DNA from: a candidate division WOR-3 bacterium
GTDB taxonomy: Bacteria > Hydrothermota > Hydrothermia > LBFQ01
Reading direction: 5' to 3'
Assembly (NCBI GenBank): GCA_039802605.1
Contig: JBDRWW010000003.1
Coordinates: 1 to 64,000, forward strand
DNA length: 64,000 nucleotides
In this document: positions 55,191-64,000 of the stretch, piece after piece
Layout: every line of letters starts with the position of its first letter
How positions within the stretch are numbered: the stretch's first letter is position 1
Program-made: the position numbers and the translations under genes
Notes under the pieces: generated by a model
Database searches by the model: none
Told to the model about the DNA's origin: nothing
Seen by the model: the letters and a program-made list of their open reading frames with translations, nothing else

Positions 55191-56063
55191 ATGTCCCGTA
55201 TCGTTGAACTTTATAAGGCGCTAGAAAAGACGATGGGTCCCGAGAATGCCACGGCCATTGCCAAGTATTTGGAAACATTTGCGGAAGAGAATATACCCAC
55301 AAGGAGGGAATTTGAAGACTTTCGTAGGGAGATAAGGTTGGAAATCCAGACTTTTAAGGAAGAGATAAAGGCGAAAATAGGATCGTTGGAGGAAAAGTTT
55401 GAGTTCAAAATATGGTCGTTAGAAGGAAAGTTTGAAGCGAAAATAGGGTCATTAGAGGGAAAGTTTGAGACCAGAATAGGGTCGTTGGAGGGAAACTTTG
55501 AGGCGAAAATAGGGTCGTTGGAAGAAAGGTTTGAGTTCAAAATGGGATCGTTGGAGGAAAAGCTTGAGGCGAAAATAGGATCGTTAGAGGAAAAGTTTGA
55601 AGCGTTTAAAAGGGAAACAAATGCAAGATTTGAATCCTTGAACGAGAAAATAGAGGCTTACCATAGGGAATTAAACTCAAAAATTGGGGCTTTGGATGAA
55701 AAGTTAGAAGCATATTACAAGGAATTGGGCACCAGAATGGATGCCTTAGACCAAAAACTCGTGGCCTATCAGAGAGAGACAAATGCAAGGTTTGAAGCTT
55801 TAAATCAAAGGATAGACGCCTTAGACCAAAAACTCGTAGCCTATCAGAGAGAAACAAACGCAAGGTTTGAAGCTTTAAATGAGAAGTTAGAGTCTTTCAA
55901 GAGGGGAACGGATGCGGAAATAGATGCGCTTAGGAGTGATGTGAATTCAAAGTTTAACAAAATAACCCTAATCCTTTACTTTCTGATAATCCTTAATATT
56001 CTGGCTATGACCCTTTTTAACCCCAATTTTGTCCAGTTTATGAAGTTGCTTTTTAAAATGTGA
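55191..56063 (+). CDS. Coiled-coil repeat membrane protein (DUF1640/CCDC90-like head-stalk-anchor)
   Basis: Helical head, PTRREF neck, 11-aa repeats, C-terminal TM helix. Confidence 0.7.
   Translation: MSRIVELYKALEKTMGPENATAIAKYLETFAEENIPTRREFEDFRREIRLEIQTFKEEIKAKIGSLEEKFEFKIWSLEGKFEAKIGSLEGKFETRIGSLEGNFEAKIGSLEERFEFKMGSLEEKLEAKIGSLEEKFEAFKRETNARFESLNEKIEAYHRELNSKIGALDEKLEAYYKELGTRMDALDQKLVAYQRETNARFEALNQRIDALDQKLVAYQRETNARFEALNEKLESFKRGTDAEIDALRSDVNSKFNKITLILYFLIILNILAMTLFNPNFVQFMKLLFKM
55371..55601 (+). repeat. 7 x 33-bp intragenic tandem repeat
   Basis: Encodes xKIGSLEEKFE-type units. Confidence 0.9.
55740..55880 (+). repeat. 2 x 75-bp-period intragenic repeat
   Basis: DALDQKLVAYQRETNARFEALN encoded at 55740 and 55815. 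Confidence 0.9.
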
Positions 56064-56164
56064 AACATATAAAACACTAACGGTATATCTCATAATAGCC
56101 CTTCTCCCCAACTTCCGGGTGTTTAAGGCTATACCACATACATCCTTACCTTGATCGGTGGGGT

Positions 56165-57004
56165 TTATTTTAAAAAACCTTTTAATATTTCAAAGAGTTT
56201 TTCAGCTTGGTGGTGATTTACATTTATACCCGTTCCAAACTCAAAACCCGCCATATATCCTTTTCTCGGTATAACCTCAATATGCCAATGATAGTCCGTA
56301 TTAAGGGGTGCGGAATGTAGTATTATGTTGTAATCCCCAACTTTTAACCCTTCTTTTACAAACCTTATGGATTTTATCATAATATCCGCCAAAACCCTAA
56401 GGTTTTTAAATGAATAAAACTCCCTTTGGTGGTTTTTTGGAAATATCCAAAATTCCATAGGGTAAAAGGGTATTTTTGGAACACCCACAATCAATTCCCC
56501 ATTATGGGCAATATAAAAGTTTTCCTCGGCATTACATAGGACGCACTTTTCAATATTTAAATTCCCGCTTTCCTTTAAGGGTATTTCCGGGACGAAATCC
56601 AAAGATACGAGTTGGGTATGGGGGTGCAAAATTGATGCCCCCGCCAGTTGCCCGTAATTCCTGAAAATTATCGTATAAGGCCTTTCCGAGTAATACATTA
56701 ATCTCTTCATCCAAACCCCCAAAACCCTTTCCATATGCCCAACATCATACCCATCAATATCCGCATAATGTTCCCTGTGTTCAACTATAACCTCGTGGTG
56801 TTTTGAAAAGGGGTATTTATTTGGAAAAACCCTAATAATCCATTCCCCGTTTTCTTCAACCCTTGAAATTTCGGGAGGCGTTAAACCTTCATTTCCCGGA
56901 CAGAAGGGACATACAAAACCGCCTTTCCATTCGTTTGGCCTCTTTGTCCTCTCCGGGGCAAAAATTACAAATTTTTCCCTTATAGGGTCTTTAAAACCTT
57001 CCAA
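56165..57004 (-). CDS. galT: Galactose-1-phosphate uridylyltransferase family
   Basis: CPFCPGNE, FPNKYP, HEVIVE, GAS..HPH.Q, HWH.E..P, AGFE.GTG. Confidence 0.85.
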   Translation of the reverse strand: MEGFKDPIREKFVIFAPERTKRPNEWKGGFVCPFCPGNEGLTPPEISRVEENGEWIIRVFPNKYPFSKHHEVIVEHREHYADIDGYDVGHMERVLGVWMKRLMYYSERPYTIIFRNYGQLAGASILHPHTQLVSLDFVPEIPLKESGNLNIEKCVLCNAEENFYIAHNGELIVGVPKIPFYPMEFWIFPKNHQREFYSFKNLRVLADIMIKSIRFVKEGLKVGDYNIILHSAPLNTDYHWHIEVIPRKGYMAGFEFGTGINVNHHQAEKLFEILKGFLK

Positions 57005-58304
57005 TTTCGGAAATCAATTTGTCTATATCATCCCTTGTGTGCTTCTCCGTAAAGGCAAATATTATATACCCATCACCCAACTCCTCAACCAATGGACCGA
57101 CGAGAAAACCCTTTTCCAATAGGGCATCCCTTAAATCCTTAGCCTTTGTCGGTGTCTTTATTACAACTTCCCTAAAATGAAAACCCGAAAATGCTACGGA
57201 AAACCCCTTTGGAAGGTTTTTTATAAAGTAATGCGTCTTTGCCAAGGTCTTTTTTGCGTTTTCTATAAGCCCCTTTTTACCCACAAGGGCCAAATACACC
57301 GTTGCAGCCAACGCCATGAGTTGATTGTTTGTGCAAATATTACTCGTTGCCTTTTCCCTCCTTATAAACTGTTCCCTCGTCTGCAATGTCGTAACATATC
57401 CCCTTTTTCCCTCAACATCAACCGTTTCCGCCACTATCCTACCCGGCATCTGCCTTATATGTTTTTTCAAGGATGAAAATAATCCCAAGTAAGGACCTCC
57501 AAAACCCAGAGGGATACCCAAAACTTGACCTTCCGCCGTGGCTATATCCGCACCCGCCTCACCCGGAGGTGTAAATATGGCAACACCCACGGGGTCATAA
57601 TGCACTATGTATATCAACCCCTTTTCCTTTGCAAGGGAACCCAAAAACTTTATATTCTCAACAACGCCAAAATAGTTTGGGCTTTGAACCACCAGGGAGG
57701 CGGTATCCCCATCTATTAAAGATGCTATTTCACCGGCATCGGCCTCACCGGAAGGTGTATAACCGTATTCCCTTATAACCGCAAATTCGGGCAGATATGT
57801 TTTTATAACGGTTTTGTAAAGGGGGTTAAGCGATTTGGGAATTAAAACCTTATATTTCCTCGTTAGTCTAAAAGACATCAAAATCGCCTCTGCTAAGGAT
57901 GTTGCACCGTCATACATTGAGGCGTTGGTCACCTCCATTCCCGTTAAATCCGAAATAAAACTTTGAAATTCAAATATGCTTTGAAGTGTCCCCTGGGAAA
58001 CCTCCGCCTGATAAGGGGTATAGGCGGTATAAAACTCCGATCTCAAAAGTATCTGATTTACAACGGCCGGGGTATATACATCGTAAGCACCACCACCCGC
58101 AAATACCCGTAAGTTGTAAGCGTTTTTAATGGAAATGTTAAAAATCTTCTCATAAACTTCGATTTCGGATAGAGATGGGATATTTTGGGGTTCCGAAAAC
58201 CCTTCACCCCCCACGGCATCTTCCATCAACTCCTCAACATTCTTATACCCCAACGCCCTTAACATCTCCTCCCTATCCTTATCCGAAAGGGAAAGGTATC
58301 TCAT
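56991..58304 (-). CDS. gcvPA: Glycine dehydrogenase subunit 1
   Basis: EFYTAYTPYQ.E.SQG.LQ, NASMYDG, GFGGP, REQ.IRREKATSNICTN. Confidence 0.96.
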   Translation of the reverse strand: MRYLSLSDKDREEMLRALGYKNVEELMEDAVGGEGFSEPQNIPSLSEIEVYEKIFNISIKNAYNLRVFAGGGAYDVYTPAVVNQILLRSEFYTAYTPYQAEVSQGTLQSIFEFQSFISDLTGMEVTNASMYDGATSLAEAILMSFRLTRKYKVLIPKSLNPLYKTVIKTYLPEFAVIREYGYTPSGEADAGEIASLIDGDTASLVVQSPNYFGVVENIKFLGSLAKEKGLIYIVHYDPVGVAIFTPPGEAGADIATAEGQVLGIPLGFGGPYLGLFSSLKKHIRQMPGRIVAETVDVEGKRGYVTTLQTREQFIRREKATSNICTNNQLMALAATVYLALVGKKGLIENAKKTLAKTHYFIKNLPKGFSVAFSGFHFREVVIKTPTKAKDLRDALLEKGFLVGPLVEELGDGYIIFAFTEKHTRDDIDKLISEIGRF

Positions 58305-58684
58305 TGCTCCTCCACAAACTTCTTGTATTCTTCCCCTTTCATCAAATTATTAATCTCGTCGGGATTTGAAATCCTTAACTTAAAAATCCAACCCTTACCG
58401 TAAGGGTCTTGATTTATAAGCTCGGGTTTGCTTTCCAATTCCCCATTTACCTCAACCACTTCACCCGATAGTGGGGAATACACATCCGCGGCCGTCTTCA
58501 CCGCCTCTATCGTTGCAACGGCTTCCATCTGTTTTACATTTTTACCAACTTCCGGAAGCTCCACATAAACTATATCCCCTAACTGTTCCTGGGCGTAATC
58601 CGTAATTCCAACAATTGCTATATCCCCTTCTACCTTTACCCATTCGTGCTCTTTCGTGTAAAGCAAATCCTCCTTTATTACCAT
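58301..58684 (-). CDS. gcvH: Glycine cleavage system H protein
   Basis: HEWV, GITDYAQ.QLGDIVYVELP, EAVK lipoyl site, DPYG.GW. Confidence 0.97.
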   Translation of the reverse strand: MVIKEDLLYTKEHEWVKVEGDIAIVGITDYAQEQLGDIVYVELPEVGKNVKQMEAVATIEAVKTAADVYSPLSGEVVEVNGELESKPELINQDPYGKGWIFKLRISNPDEINNLMKGEEYKKFVEEQ

Positions 58685-58807
58685 AGTTTGGTATTCTAAG
58701 TTGGAAAATGTTGTTTTGGATAAAGGGCACAGGAATCCTTATTACTCGGCTTAGTACTTCCCAAAATAGTATTTTATAATAAATTTACCGCTTTATAATA
58801 TTTGGCT

Positions 58808-60514
58808 ATGATGTGGATTATCGCAGTTGATACGATCATGCCGGTGTTTAGGATGAAGCCCATAGTGGTAATGGGGGAAAATGGAAAGGTGTCCATAGAG
58901 GCTGAGATAGGAAAGGATGGTACAATAGGCGCCCTAAAAGATCTCGGAATAACACCCGTAACGCGTGGTTCCTTTATAACATCGGATATAAACTTCTTCG
59001 GCTTCAAGGGAAAGGATATAAACATATCCGTAGATGGTGAAAGGTTCTCCAACGCGTGCCCCAATAGGATGGATGTTCCCCTTATAAGGATAAACCCAAT
59101 TGAAGTAAAGAATGTTATAGTTTATCCAACATCGAGTTTGGGTTCCGCATTAGGTGGAGAAATAAGGGTTATAAGGAGGAGGCCATCAGAAAACCCATCA
59201 CTTATGGGGTATTTGGGGCTGAACACACTATCTTCAACCGGAGGAGAAGTTTCAACCGCTTTTGAAGGCTACAACCACGGATTATATCTCAGATTTTCGA
59301 GGATGAATACATACAAAGATGGCGATGGCAGGGATTTTCAAAATCTTTATGGATATAAACCCGATGTAAAGTTTGCCCATACATTTTACGAGGGTAGTTT
59401 AATGGGTTCCCTACGGAGTTTGTCCTACAATGTCGGCATTTGGTACTATAAAGATGTCCTTTATCCCTATCTTATGATGGATGAAAGGGATAGTAAAACC
59501 ATATCCCTTGGGTTATCCTATAATGGAAACAAACTTTATGCCAACTTTACAGATCACACTATGGATAACGGTTTAAGAAATGAAATGATGTATATGCTCG
59601 CAAACGCCAAGCGCTATAAATTCGGAATTGTAGGCCAAAACTACGATATATATTACGATAGATGGTATGCTGAAAGCGAAATGCATCACATGAAACAAAC
59701 GGTTATGCCTAACTTCTCCTCTTATAATGCCGCATTCGGTCATCAATTCAATACGGGTTATATAAACATATACGCAAAGTTGGGCCTTCAATACTTCAAA
59801 ACCGATGTTAATAAGGGCAGGGTTTTTATTCCCTTCGCCCTAAGACCATCTTATTCAATACTATCATTTGAAGTATCTTCGAGTGCTCCCGATCCCAAAG
59901 AGTTATACTTTTCAAGGCCTTCATTTTTCGGAAATCCCGACCTAAAACAACCCATAAAATTCTCCCTATACCTCAACCCCTCATATAAGTTCATAAACCT
60001 GCTTCTATTTTCCCATATCGTTAAGGATTATGTTGAGGTGGTTGGTAAGGTCTTAGATGGTAAAAAAATAACAACATTTGAAAACACAGACGCTTTACTC
60101 ATAGGTTTTAATATCAAAATCGCCACCGGTTACATCGATATAACCTCAAACTACACTTATGGTAAAAACCTGAGGATAAACGATTACCTCTCCGAAATAC
60201 CTCCCCTTTCGGTTTCCATAAAACTTAAAACACCCGAATTCCTAAAATCCAAAGGTTTTATAAGGTTTAACTATAACGATGCGCAAATTAGGGTTTCAAA
60301 ATCCATAAACGAAAAACCTACAACCTCTTGGAAAACCGTGGATTTGGGTTATGAACTCGGAATTAAAAACCTCTCCATCTCCTTGGTTTTGGAGAATATA
60401 CTTAACGAAACATATTACACCCACCTCTCTTATTACAGAGACCCCTTTATGTCCGGGAAAAGGGTTTATGAACCCGGTAGGATGCTAAAAATTTCCATTA
60501 CAAGCGGTTTTTAG
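58808..60514 (+). CDS. TonB-dependent receptor, OprC-like (copper)
   Basis: ACPNRMD plug motif, DHTMDN, Met/His-rich loops, N..N.TY..HL, EPGR, terminal Phe. Confidence 0.75.
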   Translation: MMWIIAVDTIMPVFRMKPIVVMGENGKVSIEAEIGKDGTIGALKDLGITPVTRGSFITSDINFFGFKGKDINISVDGERFSNACPNRMDVPLIRINPIEVKNVIVYPTSSLGSALGGEIRVIRRRPSENPSLMGYLGLNTLSSTGGEVSTAFEGYNHGLYLRFSRMNTYKDGDGRDFQNLYGYKPDVKFAHTFYEGSLMGSLRSLSYNVGIWYYKDVLYPYLMMDERDSKTISLGLSYNGNKLYANFTDHTMDNGLRNEMMYMLANAKRYKFGIVGQNYDIYYDRWYAESEMHHMKQTVMPNFSSYNAAFGHQFNTGYINIYAKLGLQYFKTDVNKGRVFIPFALRPSYSILSFEVSSSAPDPKELYFSRPSFFGNPDLKQPIKFSLYLNPSYKFINLLLFSHIVKDYVEVVGKVLDGKKITTFENTDALLIGFNIKIATGYIDITSNYTYGKNLRINDYLSEIPPLSVSIKLKTPEFLKSKGFIRFNYNDAQIRVSKSINEKPTTSWKTVDLGYELGIKNLSISLVLENILNETYYTHLSYYRDPFMSGKRVYEPGRMLKISITSGF

Positions 60515-60646
60515 GAAAAGTTGGGTATAAAGGCTTTTAGCGGTTAAGCATACAAATTAAGCCCCTTAATGGGCAGCTGATAATATCCACCGGCCTTATT
60601 GGGGGGGTTATTATGCCCCCCCATCACCCTCATAATATGCGGTCGT

Positions 60647-61768
60647 ATGGAGTTGATACTCCCGGTCATTGAACCTTTATTGCGGTTTTCCGATGGTTGG
60701 GAGGTTTTGGGGAATAAGATTTTAATAAGGGTTAAAAACGGAATATTGGCGGAATTGATAGGGGAGAGGTTTATGGATGTTTTTAAAGAACTGGAAAGCA
60801 AGGGTTATTTAGTAGAACTTTTATACCCAGGTAAGGAGAAAAGGGTTTTTAGGGAAACGTTTGACAACTTCTATTATGATAAAGAAAACGAGTTTGCGGT
60901 TATTGCCTTAAAAAGCCTAATTACCAACCCATCAAATTACAGGATAGCAATTATTTTTGGGGATGCGGGCTTGGGTAAAACACATTTGTTAAAAGCGATG
61001 GCAAATAAATGTCTTGAAATCGGTAAAAAGCCAATATATGTTCAATCGCAAAGGATATTGGACGAAATTCTTTCATCTTATAGGAATAAGAAAAAACCAA
61101 ATTTTGAATTTTTGAAAGGTGCGGATATTATCCTTATAGACGACCTACACCTTTTAAAGGGGAAAACCTTTGTTTTGGAATTTTTAGCAAGGTTGGTGGA
61201 TAAGGTTGAAAGTTCGGGGAAAACATTGGTTATGTCATCCCAAGGCTCTTTATTCCAATTTAACGATACCCCATCCTTTAAAACCCGTTTGATGTCATCT
61301 TTAAGGCTAACGCTTAACCCACCAACAAAGAGGGTTAGAGAGAGTATATTTAAGGAAGCCTGTTTGAGGTTCGGGATATCTCCTGGATACAAAGCGGTTG
61401 ATTTTGTATCAAACAATATTAACAATCCCCGTGGGATAATAGGGGCGGCTACGAGGATAAAGGCCTATTACGATGTTTATGGTATATATCCCGAGGGAGA
61501 AGAATTAAGGAGAATCTTGGGCGACTTGGTAGAAGGTGGAAAATTGGATGTTTTTAAGGTTTTTGGCAGGGGAAAACCCGGAAAATACTTCATTGCTTAT
61601 TATTTGAAAAAGACCGGGGTTTCTATCAACGAAATATGTGAAATTCTAGACTGTTCAAGGGCAACGGTTTATAACTATATCAAAAAAGCCGAAGAAATAA
61701 TGGATAAAAATCCGAAATGGAAGGAAAAAGTTGAAAGCCTTTTAAACCCTATACGCTCCCAACCTTAA
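60647..61768 (+). CDS. Divergent DnaA-like AAA+ protein
   Basis: TFDNF....EN.FA, GDAGLGKTHLL.A, ILIDDLH.L, C-terminal HTH; lacks RDHTTV. Confidence 0.75.
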   Translation: MELILPVIEPLLRFSDGWEVLGNKILIRVKNGILAELIGERFMDVFKELESKGYLVELLYPGKEKRVFRETFDNFYYDKENEFAVIALKSLITNPSNYRIAIIFGDAGLGKTHLLKAMANKCLEIGKKPIYVQSQRILDEILSSYRNKKKPNFEFLKGADIILIDDLHLLKGKTFVLEFLARLVDKVESSGKTLVMSSQGSLFQFNDTPSFKTRLMSSLRLTLNPPTKRVRESIFKEACLRFGISPGYKAVDFVSNNINNPRGIIGAATRIKAYYDVYGIYPEGEELRRILGDLVEGGKLDVFKVFGRGKPGKYFIAYYLKKTGVSINEICEILDCSRATVYNYIKKAEEIMDKNPKWKEKVESLLNPIRSQP

Positions 61769-63185
61769 CCTTTACAAATACCGCCGGGGAACTCCCATGA
61801 CCCGTATGCATCGTTTGTCCTGGTTCCCCCTTTCCACAGTTTAGCAAACCCCAGAGTTTCCATTCCTCCTCGCCGCCAACCGCAACCAAAGAGTTCCAGA
61901 ATTCTGGGGTAATACCGTAATATATGACATTCTTCAGGGGTTCGGCCAATCTTCCATTTCTTATACGGTATGCCACTTCCGTTGAAAATTGAAAGTTTAA
62001 CCTCCTCTGATCTATTGACCAAGATTTGTTCCCATCAACAAACACGCCGTCCTTAACCTCCGAGATCAAATCCTCCAATGAGCCTTTATCCGGTAAAAGG
62101 TTTATGTTTGTCATCCTAACCATGGGCATCCTGTTATAAGATGATGCCCTCGCGGTTCCACCGGCCCTCTTGAGTCCGATAGCCCAAGCGCTATCCCTAG
62201 AAGACAGATACCCTACAAGTATTCCCTCTTTTATCAAGTCTATCTTCTGGGCCTCAACGCCCTCATCATCCCAACCAAATGTACCCAAACCCCTTGGTGT
62301 TTTGGCATCCGCAACTATATTCATTAACCTTGATCCGTATTTTAATTTTCCGAGTTTATCAATGGTTGCAAAGCTCGTTCCGGCATAAGAGGCCTCGTAT
62401 CCTATTACCCTGTCCAATTCCAAGGGATGACCCACGCTTTCGTGTATCTGTAATGCCATTTGGTGGGAACCCACAACCAAGGTTGTTTCCATTTCGCTCA
62501 ACCTTTCAGCCTTAGCAAACATAACCGCCTCTTCGCTTATCCTCTCGGCATTGCCAACAAAATCCATCTCCTCCACTATTTCATAACCTCCCTGCAAATG
62601 ATTCCCGCCGTGTGGGGCGGGGTAAGACCTACTTTGTAAATTGCCATCAACATAAACCCAGATGGTATAACCCCCACCGCTTTCGTATATGGTTTGTTTT
62701 ATCCTTGAACCCTCCGTATTCATAAAAAACTTCTCCGTTTTAAAGAAGTTTAAATGCGCATCCCTTGAAACCGCAAATTTGTTCTTTGAAAGGATTTCAT
62801 CCGTTTTAACCAATAGGTTTATCTTTTCCTCCAAAGGTATGGAAAAGGGATCGGTTTTAATGGGTGTAATGTATTCACCCTTATGGGGTGGTTCGCTTAA
62901 AAAGGGATAGGATTTGCCGCTTATTTTAAAAGAGGATTTGGCGAATTCTATTGCCCTATCAACGGTTTTAACTATGTCGTCTAAGAAAAGGGAACTAGTT
63001 GATGCAAATCCCACGCTTCCACCTACAACAGCCCTAATTCCAATTCCCTCTTCCACCGCCTCGTCTATGGATGTAATTGTGCCGTTTTCAAGCCTTATAC
63101 TCTGCTTTGTAATCCTTACATATCTAACCTCGCCGTAATCCACACCCCTTAATCTTTCTATTGCCACTTCCATAACCTTTTCCAT
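61749..63185 (-). CDS. tldD: TldD-family metalloprotease
   Basis: HESVGH..E.D, DDEG, RMTN, CGKGEP.Q....HGS; start moved to ATG 63185. Confidence 0.88.
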   Translation of the reverse strand: MEKVMEVAIERLRGVDYGEVRYVRITKQSIRLENGTITSIDEAVEEGIGIRAVVGGSVGFASTSSLFLDDIVKTVDRAIEFAKSSFKISGKSYPFLSEPPHKGEYITPIKTDPFSIPLEEKINLLVKTDEILSKNKFAVSRDAHLNFFKTEKFFMNTEGSRIKQTIYESGGGYTIWVYVDGNLQSRSYPAPHGGNHLQGGYEIVEEMDFVGNAERISEEAVMFAKAERLSEMETTLVVGSHQMALQIHESVGHPLELDRVIGYEASYAGTSFATIDKLGKLKYGSRLMNIVADAKTPRGLGTFGWDDEGVEAQKIDLIKEGILVGYLSSRDSAWAIGLKRAGGTARASSYNRMPMVRMTNINLLPDKGSLEDLISEVKDGVFVDGNKSWSIDQRRLNFQFSTEVAYRIRNGRLAEPLKNVIYYGITPEFWNSLVAVGGEEEWKLWGLLNCGKGEPGQTMHTGHGSSPAVFVKVKVGSV

Positions 63186-63195
63186 AACGGTTATT

Positions 63196-64000
63196 CTAAT
63201 GCGGTTTAACCATATACACCCTCCCGGTATTATCCGCACCAACCACCGCAAACATTAAGCCGTTTTCAGACCAAACCCCATCTAACACCCAGTGGAAAAA
63301 TGGTTCCGATTCGAGTAACTTATTCCTTTTAAAATCGTAATAATAAACCCTTTTCTTTGTACCCCCGTATATCACCCCCGTTTCAAGGGGGGATACGGCT
63401 ACGAAAAGGGAACCGAAGGTGTTTTCCTTAATCTCTCCCAAAGTTTTCCATGTTTTGGTATCATAGATTTTCAACCCCTCATCGCCTATTACAAACAACC
63501 TTCCGTTTTTAGTCCAAATTATATCCCTTACCTCCGACTGAAACCTATCAAGTATCCTATAAGGTTTCATAATCGTGGTACTCCAAATATCAACCCTGCC
63601 ATCACAAGAACCCGTTGCGAAGAATTCCCCATCCGGTGATATATCGCCCGAAAGCAAGGGGCAACCCGTTTCCGTATTGGATTCCATTGCTGTATCTTGG
63701 AAAAGGGTTATTAAGGCAACCCCTTTGTTCTGAACGGCCAATAACCTCTTTTCATCGGGAAACCATACAATCTTGTTCGTAAATGATGTGTTTTTAAACC
63801 TATAAATTTCGTTCCCGGAAAAGGTATAAATTATTACCCTATCCCCGGCAACCGCTATATACCTCCCCGAGGGGGAAATCCTAACATCCGAGATTTTACT
63901 CATACCGGCCCTAAATTTTAATTTTAAACTCGGCCCGGTATCCGACCAGATATACACATAACCCCTATTATCCGCCGTAACTATTCCCATACTTCCCCAA
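63196..64000 (-). CDS. WD40-like beta-propeller protein (5' end probably outside window)
   Basis: Repeats SPSGRYIA, SPDGEFFATGS.DG.V.IW, WS.NG; frame open to window edge. Confidence 0.75.
   Translation of the reverse strand, partial: WGSMGIVTADNRGYVYIWSDTGPSLKLKFRAGMSKISDVRISPSGRYIAVAGDRVIIYTFSGNEIYRFKNTSFTNKIVWFPDEKRLLAVQNKGVALITLFQDTAMESNTETGCPLLSGDISPDGEFFATGSCDGRVDIWSTTIMKPYRILDRFQSEVRDIIWTKNGRLFVIGDEGLKIYDTKTWKTLGEIKENTFGSLFVAVSPLETGVIYGGTKKRVYYYDFKRNKLLESEPFFHWVLDGVWSENGLMFAVVGADNTGRVYMVKPH

Noticed and set aside
55371..55601. 33-bp periodicity as a CRISPR array
   Set aside because: In-frame coding repeats with no unique spacers
56077..56139. 20-codon minus-strand ORF MWYSLKHPEVGEKGYYEIYR
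   Set aside because: Too short, no recognisable motif; possibly a remnant
58685..58800. Glycine riboswitch before gcvH
   Set aside because: No aptamer motifs; the -10 box sits 8 nt from the ATG
60515..60646. oriC upstream of the dnaA-like gene
   Set aside because: Only one 2-mismatch box (ATATCCACC) and a G7/C7 hairpin; no box cluster

Overview
Very compact chromosomal window, with many abutting or overlapping genes, from a thermophilic diderm bacterium. The evidence is lptC/lptF/lpxB, OmpA, a TonB receptor, proteins with T9SS-like C-terminal domains, and a very GC-rich 23S rRNA in an AT-richer genome. WOR-3/FCB-associated affinity is my inference only. Content is mostly housekeeping: prmC, ftsH, secA, glyS, valS, the alpha operon rpmJ-rpsM-rpsK-rpsD-rpoA-rplQ, rplE, rpmE, queA, trmFO, etfBA, gcvH/gcvPA, a stand-alone 23S rRNA, tRNA-Lys(CTT) and tRNA-Leu(CAA). 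No transposase, integrase, cas gene or CRISPR array was seen. The notable signals concern gene expression and export. (1) About 22 genes have a TAnAAT -10 box, often preceded by CCT, 5-10 nt before the start codon with no Shine-Dalgarno (SD), and the RpoA C-terminal domain has lost its DNA-binding residues. (2) Both CCA-less tRNAs are followed within 2-3 nt by a reading frame, resembling tRNA punctuation. (3) Several evidently exported proteins begin with ultra-short, uncharged signal-like peptides. (4) A 69-bp duplication of the 23S promoter/leader brackets a small secreted-protein gene. (5) The 23S rRNA appears to have truncated H38 and H46 and an altered H69 loop. (6) There is an orphan CRISPR-leader-like element and a DnaA-like protein with an altered DNA-binding helix. 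Reference sequences were compared from memory and no searches were run.
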